Shown here: positions 1 to 9,637 of the stretch, in pieces | Layout of the letters: each line of letters opens with the position of its first letter | Position numbering within the stretch: position 1 is the stretch's first letter | From: an uncultured Acidobacteriaceae bacterium | GTDB lineage: Bacteria; Acidobacteriota; Terriglobia; Terriglobales; Acidobacteriaceae | DNA length: 64,000 nt | NCBI GenBank assembly: GCA_963716385.1 | Contig: OY970305.1 | Span: forward strand, 2,187,614 to 2,251,613 | Direction: 5' to 3' | Notes under the pieces: generated by a model | The model's database searches: none | Told to the model about the DNA's origin: nothing | What the model saw: the letters and a program-made list of their open reading frames with translations, nothing else | Position numbers and translations under genes: made by a program

Positions 1-2
1 TG

Positions 3-1499
3 GAAGTTGCGGCGTTGGTGGTGCTGGTGGTGGACCTGGGCTTTCTGCGCAAGGCTGCGCTGAATACGCGGAGGGCGGCGGCAGTATTGTTCGGGGTGCT
101 TGGCTGTCTGGCGTCGTTGGCCGGGCTCTTCTATCAGGGCATCCAAGGGACGGGCTACGGCAATGGCCCCGAAGAGCTGCTCAAAGCGATGGATGGCTCA
201 TCTGGCGTGGCGCAGATTGGCATTCTTGCGCTCACGGTGTTGACGCTGCTGCTGCTGGTTGAATTGGATTTCACGTGGCATGTGGGCGAGTTTGTGGCCG
301 TGGTTCTGATGGCGGCCACGGGCGGATTGCTGATTGCGGCGGCCCAGGATTTGCTGGTGATCTTCATTGGGCTGGAGCTGCTGAGCCTGGGGCTTTACAT
401 TCTGACGGCTTTTGCAAAGAGGTCGGGCAAGAGCGCCGAGGCGGCGATCAAGTATTACCTGTTTGGCGGCATGTCGGCGGCGTTTTTGCTGTTCGGGTTC
501 AGCTACCTGTATGGGATTGCGGGATCGACGAATCTGCACGCAATCATGCTGGCGATGTACGGGGCCAGCGGTTTGAGGGCAGCGCCTCTGATGTATGTGG
601 CGCTGGTGACGATTGCGGCCGGGCTGGGCTTCAAGGTTGCGGCGGCGCCGTTCCACTTGTGGGCGCCGGACACATATGAGGGCGCGCCCGCTCCGGCGGC
701 GGCGTTTATTGCGTCGGTGTCGAAGGTGGCGAGCTTTGCGCTGCTGATTTCGATTGGCACGGCGGCCCTGCACGTATTTGGCAGCGCGGAGGCGTTGCGA
801 TTTGTCACGGCGACGCTTCGAGCCTCGCACAGGCAGGCGGGCTTTGGGATTCCGTGGTCGGTGATTCTCGCGCTGCTGGCCGTGGCGTCGATGGTGCTGG
901 GGAACCTGGCGGCACTGGCGCAGTCGAGCGTGCGACGGTTGCTGGCGTATTCGGCGATTGCGCACGCGGGCTACATTCTGCTGGGGCTGGCGTATTTTTC
1001 GTATTCGCCGCGGAGTGCGCAGGCAATCCTTTACTACGTGCTGACGTATGGGCTGACGACGATTGGGGCCTTTGGCGTGGTGGGCGTGGTGGAGCAGGCG
1101 ATGGGGAGCGACCGGATGGATTCGTTCCTGGGGCTGCATAAGCGCAGTCCGCTGCTGGCGGCGGTGCTGCTGGTGCTGTTTCTTTCACTGGCGGGGATTC
1201 CACCGCTGGTGGGCTTCTGGGCCAAGTTCAATCTCTTCGCCGCGGTTCTGAGCGTTGGCGCCGGAGCGGTGCCGTTTGCGCTGGTGGCGCTGGCGGTGGC
1301 GATGAGCGCGGTGTCCCTTTACTACTATTTACAGGTGCTCAAGCGAGCCTACGTGATGCAGACGGTGGTCGAGACGCCGATTGCGGTGCACCCGGTGACG
1401 CTGGCTGTGTTGCTGCTGATTGCAGTCGGCGTGGTTGCGCTGGGCTGCTTCCCGGCATTGCTGCAGGGCTGGATCGCGGGATTCTATCCGGCAATGTAA
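3..1499 (+). CDS. nuoN: NADH-quinone oxidoreductase subunit N (5' end outside the window)
   Basis: Very hydrophobic multi-TM protein with NuoN motifs (GLELLSLGLYIL, EAAIKYYLFG, GFKVAAAPFHLWAPDTYEGAP, RRLLAYSAIAHAGY, LSLAGIPPLVGFWAKF). The frame is open from the window edge. Confidence 0.9.
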   Translation, partial: EVAALVVLVVDLGFLRKAALNTRRAAAVLFGVLGCLASLAGLFYQGIQGTGYGNGPEELLKAMDGSSGVAQIGILALTVLTLLLLVELDFTWHVGEFVAVVLMAATGGLLIAAAQDLLVIFIGLELLSLGLYILTAFAKRSGKSAEAAIKYYLFGGMSAAFLLFGFSYLYGIAGSTNLHAIMLAMYGASGLRAAPLMYVALVTIAAGLGFKVAAAPFHLWAPDTYEGAPAPAAAFIASVSKVASFALLISIGTAALHVFGSAEALRFVTATLRASHRQAGFGIPWSVILALLAVASMVLGNLAALAQSSVRRLLAYSAIAHAGYILLGLAYFSYSPRSAQAILYYVLTYGLTTIGAFGVVGVVEQAMGSDRMDSFLGLHKRSPLLAAVLLVLFLSLAGIPPLVGFWAKFNLFAAVLSVGAGAVPFALVALAVAMSAVSLYYYLQVLKRAYVMQTVVETPIAVHPVTLAVLLLIAVGVVALGCFPALLQGWIAGFYPAM

Positions 1500-1590
1500 G
1501 CCGGTTCGAATTGGCATTCCGAAATGCAGGTCCTTCAACTCGCTGCGCTTCCCTGAGGATGCCCACTTTCACTGGAGATCAGAAACGAAA

Positions 1591-1624
1591 CCCAGGTCTC
1601 ATAAGCGAGACCTGGGCGCGCACC
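1591..1624. repeat. REP-like palindrome, family A (CCCAGGTCTC-ATAAGC-GAGACCTGGG..GCACC)
   Basis: Perfect 10-bp inverted repeat with 6-nt loop between convergent nuoN and sdhB. A near-identical copy is at 23065. Confidence 0.8.
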
Positions 1625-1643
1625 TTGACATGAATGATGTGTG

Positions 1644-2393
1644 CTAGCTGCGGAGAAAATCCTTGGCTTTCTGGATGAGGACGTCGCGGCCTACGTCGGA
1701 GATGGCGTTGGTGAGCGGAATCTGCTTGGGGCAGACTTCGACGCAGTTCTGCGCGAAGCCGCACTCCTGAATGCCGCCGTCGCCGGCCAGGGCGCGCAGG
1801 CGCTCCTCTTTGAGGACCTTGCCGGTGGGGTGGTTGTTGAAGAGCTTGACCTGGGCGATGGTGGCCGCGCCGACAAAATCGGTGTCCTCATTGAACTGCG
1901 GGCAGACCTCCATGCAGCAGCAGCAGGAGATGCAGTTCGACAGAGGGTAGTTGGCTTCCTGCTCCTGCGGGAAGACGCGCGGGCCCGAACCCAAATCATA
2001 GGTGCCATCGATGGGAACCCAGGCCTTGACGGCCTTGAGGTTCTCAAAGAGAACGGAGCGGTCGACCTGGAGGTCGCGCACCAGCGGGAACTTGGAGAGC
2101 GGCTCAACGCGGATGGGCTGTTCCAGATTCTCCACCAGGGAGGAGCAGGCCATGCGGGCTTTGCCGTTGATGCGCATGGCGCAGGAGCCGCAAATCTCTT
2201 CCAGGCAATTGGAGTCGTAGGTGATGGGGGTGGTGGCGCGGCCGTCGGCGGTGACGGGGCTGGCGGCGATTTCCATCATGGCGGAAATAACGTTCATGCC
2301 GGGACGCCACTCGATTTCGAACTTCTCCCAGACGGCGGGCGCCTCGGGGCTGGCCTGGCGCTTGATTTCGAATTGTACAGTCTTGGTTGCCAT
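1644..2393 (-). CDS. sdhB: Succinate dehydrogenase/fumarate reductase iron-sulfur subunit
   Basis: 2Fe-2S motif (CLEEICGSCAM...AC) and two further Cys clusters (CISCCCCMEVCP, CGFAQNCVEVCP). Downstream of sdhA. Confidence 0.95.
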   Translation of the reverse strand: MATKTVQFEIKRQASPEAPAVWEKFEIEWRPGMNVISAMMEIAASPVTADGRATTPITYDSNCLEEICGSCAMRINGKARMACSSLVENLEQPIRVEPLSKFPLVRDLQVDRSVLFENLKAVKAWVPIDGTYDLGSGPRVFPQEQEANYPLSNCISCCCCMEVCPQFNEDTDFVGAATIAQVKLFNNHPTGKVLKEERLRALAGDGGIQECGFAQNCVEVCPKQIPLTNAISDVGRDVLIQKAKDFLRS

Positions 2394-2429
2394 GATCCCT
2401 TTCGTGGGAAACCTCAGTTTGTTTCCCTC

Positions 2430-2485
2430 AGGGGCTAGAGCCCCTCTTCAATCTGGTCGGACTCCGTACGGGCTCAAGCCCGTAC
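2430..2485. repeat. Paired hairpins (AGGGGCT-AG-AGCCCCT and GTACGGGCT-CA-AGCCCGTAC), REP/BIME-like, family B
   Basis: Two perfect inverted repeats 20 nt apart in the sdhA-sdhB spacer, both with a GGGCT..AGCCC core. Confidence 0.65.
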
Positions 2486-2492
2486 CCTCCAA

Positions 2493-4271
2493 TTATTTGG
2501 CCACGTCGTAGCGGCGTGGGCGCGGCTTGATCCATTTCGTATCGACTTCTTCGTACTCAAAACGGGGGCCGGCGGCTTCGCCGGTGAAAGCGGCCTTGGT
2601 GGTCTTGAGAAACGTTTCGTCGATGCGCTCCGGGAAGTCTGGCTTGAAGTGCGCGCCGCGCGACTCATCGCGGAGGATCGCGCCTTGCACGATCACGCGC
2701 GAGAGCTCCATCATGTTTTTCAACTGGCGGGCGAAGGCGAAGCTGGTGTTGGCCCACTGGCTGCGATCGCTGAGATTGACCTTCTTGTAGCGGTCGAGCA
2801 ACTCGACGATCTTTTCGTCGGCCTTTGCGAGGCCCTTGTTGTAACGGATGACGGTGGCGTGCTCGGTCATGGTCTGGCCCAGTTCGCGCCACAGCTTGAA
2901 GGGGTTTTCCGTGCCCTCGTTCCTGAGCAGCTTGCCGTTGAGTTCGGCCTGGCGAGCCAACTCAGCAGCGTGTCCGCCGTCGCCTTCGGCTGCAGGCAGG
3001 CTTTTGGCATATTCGAGCGCGTTGGGCCCGGCGTGGAAACCGCCGAAGATGCAACTGAGCAGCGAATTCGCGCCGAGGCGATTGGCGCCGTGGTACTGGT
3101 ACTCGCACTCGCCGGCAGCGAAGATGCCGGGGATGTTGGTCATCTGGTCGTTGTCGACCCAGAGGCCGCCCATGGTGTAGTGCATGCCGGGGAAGATTTT
3201 CATGGGCACGTCGCGCGGATCGTCGCCGACAAACTTCTGGTAGATGTCGAGAATGCCTTCGAGCTTGCGATTGAGGGTTTCGCGGTCGATGTGGGTGAGG
3301 TCGAGGTAGACCATGGGCTGGCCGTCGATGCCCAGGCCCTCCTCGTAGACCACCTTGTGAATGGCGCGGGTGGCCACGTCGCGGGGGACGAGGTTGCCGT
3401 ATTTCGGATACCACTCCTCGAGGAAGTAGAAGCGCTCGGAGGCGGGAATCTGCTTGATGGGGCGCTTGTCTCCGGGGGTGCGTGGGACCCACACGCGGCC
3501 GCCTTCGCCGCGGGCTGACTCCGACATGAGGCGCAGCTTGTCTTCGCCGGGGACGGTGGTGGGATGGACCTGGATGAACTCGCCGTTGGCATAGTAGACG
3601 CCCTGCTGAAAGACGGCCGAATGCGCCGAGCCGGTGCAGACCACGGAGTTCGTGCTCTTGCCGAAGATAGCCCCGATGCCGCCGGTGGCCAGGATGATGG
3701 CGTCGGCGGGGAAGGAGCGCAGCTCCATGGTGCGCAGGTTGAGGGCGGTGATGCCGCGGGCCTGGCCCTTGGAGTCGAGCACGGCGGAGAGGAACTCCCA
3801 GCCCTCGAATTTGCGGACGTTGCCGTCGGACTCGTGGCGGCGGACCTGCTCGTCGAGGGCGTAGAGCAGTTGTTGCCCGGTGGTGGCTCCGGCAAAGGCG
3901 GTGCGGTTGTAGAGCGTGCCGCCGAAGCGCCGGAAGTCGAGCAGCCCCTCGGGAGTGCGGTTGAATGTGACCCCCATGCGGTCGAGCAAATCGATGATGG
4001 CGGGCGCGGCCTCGCACATGGCCTTGACGATGGTCTGGTTGGCGAGGAAGTCGCCGCCGTAGATGGTGTCGTCGAAGTGCTTGTCGGTGGTGTCGCCCTC
4101 GCCCTTCAGGTTTTTGGCGGCGTTGATGCCGCCTTGGGCGCAGACCGAGTGAGAACGCTTGACGGGGACGATGGAGAAGAGGTCAACGCTGCCGCCGGCC
4201 TCGGCGATCTTGATGACCGCCGCGAGTCCGGCGAGTCCTCCGCCAACCACGATGATTCTGGGTGATGCCAT
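2493..4271 (-). CDS. sdhA: Succinate dehydrogenase flavoprotein subunit
   Basis: GGGLAGL Rossmann motif, RSHSVCAQGGINAA (FAD-binding His), QVHPT, HYTMGGL, HGANRLGANSL. Confidence 0.96.
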   Translation of the reverse strand: MASPRIIVVGGGLAGLAAVIKIAEAGGSVDLFSIVPVKRSHSVCAQGGINAAKNLKGEGDTTDKHFDDTIYGGDFLANQTIVKAMCEAAPAIIDLLDRMGVTFNRTPEGLLDFRRFGGTLYNRTAFAGATTGQQLLYALDEQVRRHESDGNVRKFEGWEFLSAVLDSKGQARGITALNLRTMELRSFPADAIILATGGIGAIFGKSTNSVVCTGSAHSAVFQQGVYYANGEFIQVHPTTVPGEDKLRLMSESARGEGGRVWVPRTPGDKRPIKQIPASERFYFLEEWYPKYGNLVPRDVATRAIHKVVYEEGLGIDGQPMVYLDLTHIDRETLNRKLEGILDIYQKFVGDDPRDVPMKIFPGMHYTMGGLWVDNDQMTNIPGIFAAGECEYQYHGANRLGANSLLSCIFGGFHAGPNALEYAKSLPAAEGDGGHAAELARQAELNGKLLRNEGTENPFKLWRELGQTMTEHATVIRYNKGLAKADEKIVELLDRYKKVNLSDRSQWANTSFAFARQLKNMMELSRVIVQGAILRDESRGAHFKPDFPERIDETFLKTTKAAFTGEAAGPRFEYEEVDTKWIKPRPRRYDVAK

Positions 4272-4293
4272 GGAGTCTTCCTTCTTCGGAGAT

Positions 4294-4321
4294 CAGGGGT
4301 CAGAGATCAGAGATCAGAGAC
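4294..4321. repeat. Tandem heptamer x4 (CAGGGGT CAGAGAT CAGAGAT CAGAGAC)
   Basis: Read directly in the sdhC-sdhA spacer. Confidence 0.7.
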
Positions 4322-4363
4322 CGGCTTCGGGCTCCCGGCCTGGGGCCGGCGGCCGGGAACGAT

Positions 4364-5128
4364 TCAGACCGGGACGCTGCCGGAGTGAGCTGGCGCGATG
4401 GACTGCGAAATAGCGGCCAGTGGATTGTCCGAGGCGTTGGGATACTTGCCGCCGACAAAGGCCCAGATGCTCACCAGGCCCATGACCGCGAGCGCGATGC
4501 CGAGTGCTGCGCAGACGTAGCCGAAGCGCTTGCGGGAGTTGACGCCGGGAGTGATGCCCCACTTGGCCGCGAACAGCCAGACGCCGTAGGCGAAGTGCCA
4601 GCAGATGGCGATCATGGCGATGACGTAGACGGCCAGCATCCAGGGATTGGCGAGCTCGTGCTGCACCTTGGCGAAGGCGGCGTAGGGATGCTCGGGCAGG
4701 CTGATGCCCATGAAGCGCTGGCGGATGACGTGCTGCAGGATGTAGGCGAAGGCGATAAGGCCGGTGTAGCGCTGGGCGGTGTACATCCAGTTGCCGGCCC
4801 AGGGGTAGTAGACGATGTTGGATTTGCCGCGCAGCCAGATCCAGACCCCGTAGCAGCCGTGATAGAGGATGGGCAGGAAGATGAAGGTCCACTCCAGCAC
4901 GCGCACAATGGGCAGGCTGTTGAGAAACCGGACCTGCGCTCCGTAGGCGGCAGGGCCCTTGAGCGCTTCGTAGTTGGAGAGCAGGTGCTCGAGCAGGAAG
5001 GCGCCGAGGGGGATGATGCCGAGCAGCGAATGCAGCTTGTGCCAGAGGAAGGAAGATCCCTGGCCAGCGCGCAGTGGCTGGACGCCCGGACGCAATGTGG
5101 GCGCGGAAGGATTTTGAGCAGTTGCCAT
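4364..5128 (-). CDS. sdhC: Succinate dehydrogenase cytochrome b558 subunit (single, Bacillus-type)
   Basis: KLHSLLGIIPLGAFLLEHL, with four candidate heme His (KLHS, LYHG, LQHV, CWHF). First gene of sdhCAB. Confidence 0.9.
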   Translation of the reverse strand: MATAQNPSAPTLRPGVQPLRAGQGSSFLWHKLHSLLGIIPLGAFLLEHLLSNYEALKGPAAYGAQVRFLNSLPIVRVLEWTFIFLPILYHGCYGVWIWLRGKSNIVYYPWAGNWMYTAQRYTGLIAFAYILQHVIRQRFMGISLPEHPYAAFAKVQHELANPWMLAVYVIAMIAICWHFAYGVWLFAAKWGITPGVNSRKRFGYVCAALGIALAVMGLVSIWAFVGGKYPNASDNPLAAISQSIAPAHSGSVPV

Positions 5129-5284
5129 GCGAGTCGCGGCTCCTAGAGGCTGTGGATCGAAGCTCTTTCGCGTTGAGCGAAGAAGAATTTCAGAATTGTG
5201 CTTTCTGCATTATTGGATTGCGCCATTGAGACCGTCAAGGCGGCGGGGGGTAAATTTGCGACGCGGTCAATATCCGTTGAACCG

Positions 5285-5908
5285 TCAGAGGTTTAAGAGG
5301 GGCAAAAGGGCGGCAAACGCGCGCCCGCGATGGCTGAGGGTGTGCTTGGTGGCGAGGTCGAGTTCGGCCATGGTGCGGTCGAGCTCAGGCAGGTAAAAGA
5401 GCGGATCGTAGCCAAAGCCTCCAGTGCCGCGGGGGGCTTCCAGGATAAGGCCCTCGACCGTGCCCTCGGCGGTGTGGAGGGCTACGCCGTCGCGGGCGGC
5501 GACCAGGACGCAGCGATAACGGGCGGTTCGGCGGGGCGCGGGAATGCCGGCCAGCCGCTGGAGAAGCACCATATTATTCCAGACGTCGGTGTTGTCGTTG
5601 GCGTCGGGCGAGTCGCGCAGGCCGGAGTCGGCGGCAAAGCGGGCAGAGCGCACGCCGGGCTCGCCGCCGAGAGCATCCACTTCGAGTCCCGAGTCGTCGG
5701 CCAGAACCAGTTCGCCGGGGGCGAAGCGGGAGTAGTAGACGGCCTTGAGCGTGGCGTTGTCGGCGAAGGTTGAGCCGTTTTCTTCAGGGGCGGCGATTTC
5801 GGCAAGGCCGGGCAGGGGATCGATGGTCAGCGAGTGGGTTTCAGCGGCGGTGCGGAAGTCGCGCAGCTTGCCCTGGCTGGTGGTGGCGGCGAAAAGGCGG
5901 AGGGCCAT
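5285..5908 (-). CDS. rdgB: Non-canonical purine NTP pyrophosphatase (RdgB/HAM1)
   Basis: ATTSQGK, EENGSTFADNATLKA, ADDSGLEVDALGGEPGVRSARF, GFGYDPLF, SHRGRA. Only the last 207 aa of the 784-aa track ORF are real. Confidence 0.93.
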   Translation of the reverse strand: MALRLFAATTSQGKLRDFRTAAETHSLTIDPLPGLAEIAAPEENGSTFADNATLKAVYYSRFAPGELVLADDSGLEVDALGGEPGVRSARFAADSGLRDSPDANDNTDVWNNMVLLQRLAGIPAPRRTARYRCVLVAARDGVALHTAEGTVEGLILEAPRGTGGFGYDPLFYLPELDRTMAELDLATKHTLSHRGRAFAALLPLLNL

Positions 5909-5983
5909 GGAGAGAGTGTAACGGCTGAATGAGCGGCGGAATTGTGCGCGTCGGATGGGGCCGCGGCTCAGGGCGTGGAATTG

Positions 5984-6016
5984 GCTTTGACAAAGCAGTG
6001 GCGGCTTGCTTAAGGT
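5984..6016 (+). promoter_or_regulatory. Sigma70-like promoter (TTGACA-18-TAAGGT) overlapped by palindrome GCTTTG-A-CAAAGC
   Basis: TTGACA at 5987-5992 and TAAGGT at 6011-6016, upstream of the GH78-rhaT unit. Confidence 0.5.
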
Positions 6017-6208
6017 TCTATGCGGAAACTTTTTCATTTGGGAAAAGCGGGTAGAGAGACAGCCCAGCGCGGTACGTCGCTGTTTCTGCGGGCAGCGCGG
6101 CAGGAGATGGCTCTCAGTTTTGGCGAGCATGGCCAGGGAGAGATTCCGTACGGCAGAATAGAGCGGCAGAATCGACAGGTTCGATAGGCGAGACAGCAGG
6201 AGGCGGCA

Positions 6209-9200
6209 ATGAAGCGGAGTGGGCGAAAAGTTGCGTGGGGGTTGGTGTTGGCGGCGGCGCTCCCGCTGGTCGTGGTGCAGGCCCGGGCAGCGGATGGGCC
6301 GGTGGAATTGCGCGTGGACAATCTGAAGACGCCGCTGGGGATTGACGATGCGGCGCCGCGTTTCTCGTGGCAGTTGCAGGATGGGGCGCGAGGAGCGAGG
6401 CAGACGGCGTATGAGGTGATGGTAGCCTCGCGGGCGGAGTTGCTGCGTGAAGGCAAGGCGGATGTGTGGGACAGCGGACGGGTCGCTTCGGCGCAATCGC
6501 TGAACGTGCGCTACGCCGGGCCGGCGCTTGCGCCGAGCACTCGCTACTTCTGGCGGGCGAAGGTGTGGGGCGCGGCGGGCAAGCTGTATCCGGCGAGCGA
6601 GGACGGGTGGTGGGAGACGGGCCTGCTGAGGCAGGATGCGTGGCGGGCGGGTTGGATCGGCTACGAGACGGCGGAAGAGGCTGCGGTGCGGCACGCGCCG
6701 GCCGAGTGGATTGCAAGCCCGGATGCGAAGGCGCTGGCCGCGGAGAAGGGCGAGCAGCAGCGGTTTGCCTATCGCGCGACGGTGACGCTGGAGAAAGCGG
6801 TGAAGCGGGCTGCGCTCTACGCCACAGGGCAGGACACGGTTGCGGCGTGGGTGAACGGCGGCGAGGTGATGAAGGAAGATCCGCTTCCGCCGTATAAGCA
6901 GATGCCGTGGAAGAAGTTTGTGCGCGCGGATGTGACGGGCGCGATGAAGGAAGGCGCGAACACGGTGGCCGTGGAGGCGCTGCATTACGTGGTGAATCCC
7001 AACGGCATGGCGACGGAGGACGCGCCGCCGATGATGGCCACGCTGGTGGTGGAATACGCCAACGGAACGACGGAAGCCTTTGCGAGCGACACAACGTGGA
7101 AGGTGGCGGTGCATGCGCCGGAGGGTTGGCAGAAGGCGGGCTTTGACGACGCCGCTTGGAAGCAGGCCGAGGTGTGGAGGAAGTACGGAAGCCGGGACGC
7201 GACCAAGCAGGATATGGCGCAGTTGGGGAATCCGTGGCTGCCGGACAGCGTGAAGGCGCTGCGGGACACATTTGAGGTGAGCGCACCGGTGAAGTCGGCG
7301 CGGCTCTACGCCACGGCGCTGGGCGCGTACGAGATGTTTTTGAACGGCAAGCGGGTGGGCGACGATGTTCTTGCTCCGGGATGGACCGATTATCGCGAGC
7401 GGCTGATGTATCAGACGTATGACGTGACCGCGCTGTTGGCGAGCGGCAAGAATGCGCTGGGGGCCGTGCTGGCTCCGGGGTGGTATGAAACGCCGCTGGA
7501 ATGGTTTCAGCAGCCGAACAACTACGGCGACACTCCGCCGGCGCTGCGCGCGCAGTTGCGCATTGAGCACACGGACGGAAGCGTGGAGTGGGTGACGACC
7601 AACGCAAGTTGGCAGGCGAGCACTTCGAACATTTTGCACTCCGAGATTTATGACGGCGAGAGCCAGGACGCGCGGCTTGCGCAGCCGGGATGGGATACGG
7701 CGGTGTTTTCAGCGCGAGGATGGAAGAGCGCGCTGGCGATTGATCCCAAGCCGACGACGATTGAGGCGGAGAATTATTCGCCGATTCGCGTGGAGCGGAC
7801 GGTGGCGGCAGTATCGCTGACGGAACCAAAGCCGGGTGTCTATGTGTACGACTTTGGGCAGAATCTGGCGGGCGTGGAGCGGGTGCGCGTGGCGGGGCCG
7901 GCGGGCACCGATGTGCGGCTTCGATTTGCGGAGATTGTGAACGCGGACGGAACGCTCTACACCGACAATCTACGCACGGCCAAGGCGACGGACCACTTTA
8001 TTCTCGATGGCAAGGGCACGGAAGAGTTCACGCCGCAATTTACGTATCATGGCTTCCGTTACGCGGAGGTGACGGGGCTGCCGACGGCGCCGGGCAAGGA
8101 CGCGGTGACGGCTCTGGTGTTTCACACCGACGCGCCGTTTGCCGCGCAGCTGAAGACCGGCAACGAAATGATCGACAAGCTGTGGAGCAACATTCTCTGG
8201 GGCCAGCGCTCCAACTTCATGAGCGTGCCCACGGATTGCCCGCAGCGCGACGAGCGGCTGGGCTGGATGGCGGACGCGCAGGTTTTCTGGCGCACGGCCA
8301 GCTACAACATGAATCTGGCGGCGTTCTCGCGCAAATTTGCCGGCGACATGCGCGGCACGCAGGCAGGGACGCCGTTTTATGGGATCTATGCGCCGGGAAC
8401 GGCACAGGAAAACTCGGGCGCGGGCGCGGGGTGGAGCGACGCGGGCGTGATTATTCCATGGACTTCGTGGCTGCAGACCGGCGACACGAGCGTGATTGAG
8501 CAGAACTGGGCGGCGATGGAGAAGTATCTCGACGCCATCCAGGCGGCCAATCCGGAGGGGCTGTGGAAGACCGGCTCGGGGATTCCGTTTGGAGACTGGC
8601 TTTCGCCCGAGGGCCGCACGGACCAGGTGCTGGTGGCGACCGCTTATTGGGCCTATGACGTGACGCTGATGCGCGAGATGGCGCATGCGCTGGGCCGCAC
8701 GGCGGACGAAGAGAAATACGCGCAACGGTTCGAGAAGATTCGCGGCGCGTTCGAGAAGCAGTTCGTGCACGAGGACGGGTTTGTGGCCGGCGCGGACAAC
8801 AGCCCCTCGCCGTTTGGAGACATCAACAACCCCAATGCCAAGAGCAAGGGCGGCGACACGCAGACTGGTTACGTGCTGGCGCTGCACATGAATCTGGTGC
8901 CGGAAAATCTGCGCGCGGCCGCGGCGCAGAAGCTGGCGGACAAGATCGAAGCCAACCACGGACTGCTGGCGACGGGCTTCCTGGGCACGCCGTATCTGCT
9001 GGAGGAGTTGACCAAGACGGGCCATGCGAGCCTTGCCTACCACCTGCTGATGAACACTGCGTATCCCTCGTGGGGATACCTGGTGGAGCACGGGGCGACC
9101 ACGACGTGGGAGCGGTGGAACGGCGACCAGATGAAGGACGACCCGAGCATGAACTCCTATAACCACTATGCGTATGGCGCGGTCGGGGACTGGATATATC

Positions 9201-9535
9201 GTTATGCCGCGGGCGTGGATACGACGCCGCTGGACGCGGGCTTTCACACCGTGGTGCTGCACCCGGTGTTTGATGCGCGGCTGGGCAGCGTGGAGTTCAA
9301 CTATCCCTCGGCGTACGGCGTGATTCGGTCGGACTGGACGGTGAAGGGAACAGCGGCCGCGTGGAGCGTGACGATTCCTGCGAATGCGACGGGGTGGCTC
9401 GCGGTGGATGAGGCGGCGGCGGCGAAGTACACGCTGGAGGGTGTGCCGCTGGCGCAGAGCAAGCTGGCCAAGTCGGCGCACGGTGGGTTTGAGTTGCCGG
9501 CCGGGAGCTACGCGCTCTCAGTCGATCTGAGGTAG
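6209..9535 (+). CDS. Secreted alpha-L-rhamnosidase (GH78), 1108 aa
   Basis: Signal peptide; LRVDNLKTPLGIDDAAPRFSW; PTDCPQRDERLGWMADAQ; GATTTWERWNG; SMNSYNHYAYGAVGDW. Confidence 0.92.
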   Translation: MKRSGRKVAWGLVLAAALPLVVVQARAADGPVELRVDNLKTPLGIDDAAPRFSWQLQDGARGARQTAYEVMVASRAELLREGKADVWDSGRVASAQSLNVRYAGPALAPSTRYFWRAKVWGAAGKLYPASEDGWWETGLLRQDAWRAGWIGYETAEEAAVRHAPAEWIASPDAKALAAEKGEQQRFAYRATVTLEKAVKRAALYATGQDTVAAWVNGGEVMKEDPLPPYKQMPWKKFVRADVTGAMKEGANTVAVEALHYVVNPNGMATEDAPPMMATLVVEYANGTTEAFASDTTWKVAVHAPEGWQKAGFDDAAWKQAEVWRKYGSRDATKQDMAQLGNPWLPDSVKALRDTFEVSAPVKSARLYATALGAYEMFLNGKRVGDDVLAPGWTDYRERLMYQTYDVTALLASGKNALGAVLAPGWYETPLEWFQQPNNYGDTPPALRAQLRIEHTDGSVEWVTTNASWQASTSNILHSEIYDGESQDARLAQPGWDTAVFSARGWKSALAIDPKPTTIEAENYSPIRVERTVAAVSLTEPKPGVYVYDFGQNLAGVERVRVAGPAGTDVRLRFAEIVNADGTLYTDNLRTAKATDHFILDGKGTEEFTPQFTYHGFRYAEVTGLPTAPGKDAVTALVFHTDAPFAAQLKTGNEMIDKLWSNILWGQRSNFMSVPTDCPQRDERLGWMADAQVFWRTASYNMNLAAFSRKFAGDMRGTQAGTPFYGIYAPGTAQENSGAGAGWSDAGVIIPWTSWLQTGDTSVIEQNWAAMEKYLDAIQAANPEGLWKTGSGIPFGDWLSPEGRTDQVLVATAYWAYDVTLMREMAHALGRTADEEKYAQRFEKIRGAFEKQFVHEDGFVAGADNSPSPFGDINNPNAKSKGGDTQTGYVLALHMNLVPENLRAAAAQKLADKIEANHGLLATGFLGTPYLLEELTKTGHASLAYHLLMNTAYPSWGYLVEHGATTTWERWNGDQMKDDPSMNSYNHYAYGAVGDWIYRYAAGVDTTPLDAGFHTVVLHPVFDARLGSVEFNYPSAYGVIRSDWTVKGTAAAWSVTIPANATGWLAVDEAAAAKYTLEGVPLAQSKLAKSAHGGFELPAGSYALSVDLR

Positions 9536-9637
9536 CTGGACGATATCGGGAATTAGAGAAAGTACATCGGGACGGCCGGATTTCGCAAGGCCTGCGCGGA
9601 GTGTGTGCGCGGGATCGGGAGACGAGGAGAAGGAACC

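Noticed and set aside
5228-5240. FNR/CRP-like TTGA..TCAA site upstream of sdhC
   Set aside because: TTGAGACCGTCAA is 13 bp, one short of the TTGA-N6-TCAA spacing.
5909-7639. N-terminal 577 aa of the 784-aa minus-strand ORF that ends in RdgB
   Set aside because: It is the antisense shadow of the GH78 gene. RdgB motifs begin at ATG 5908, which has its own -10 box.
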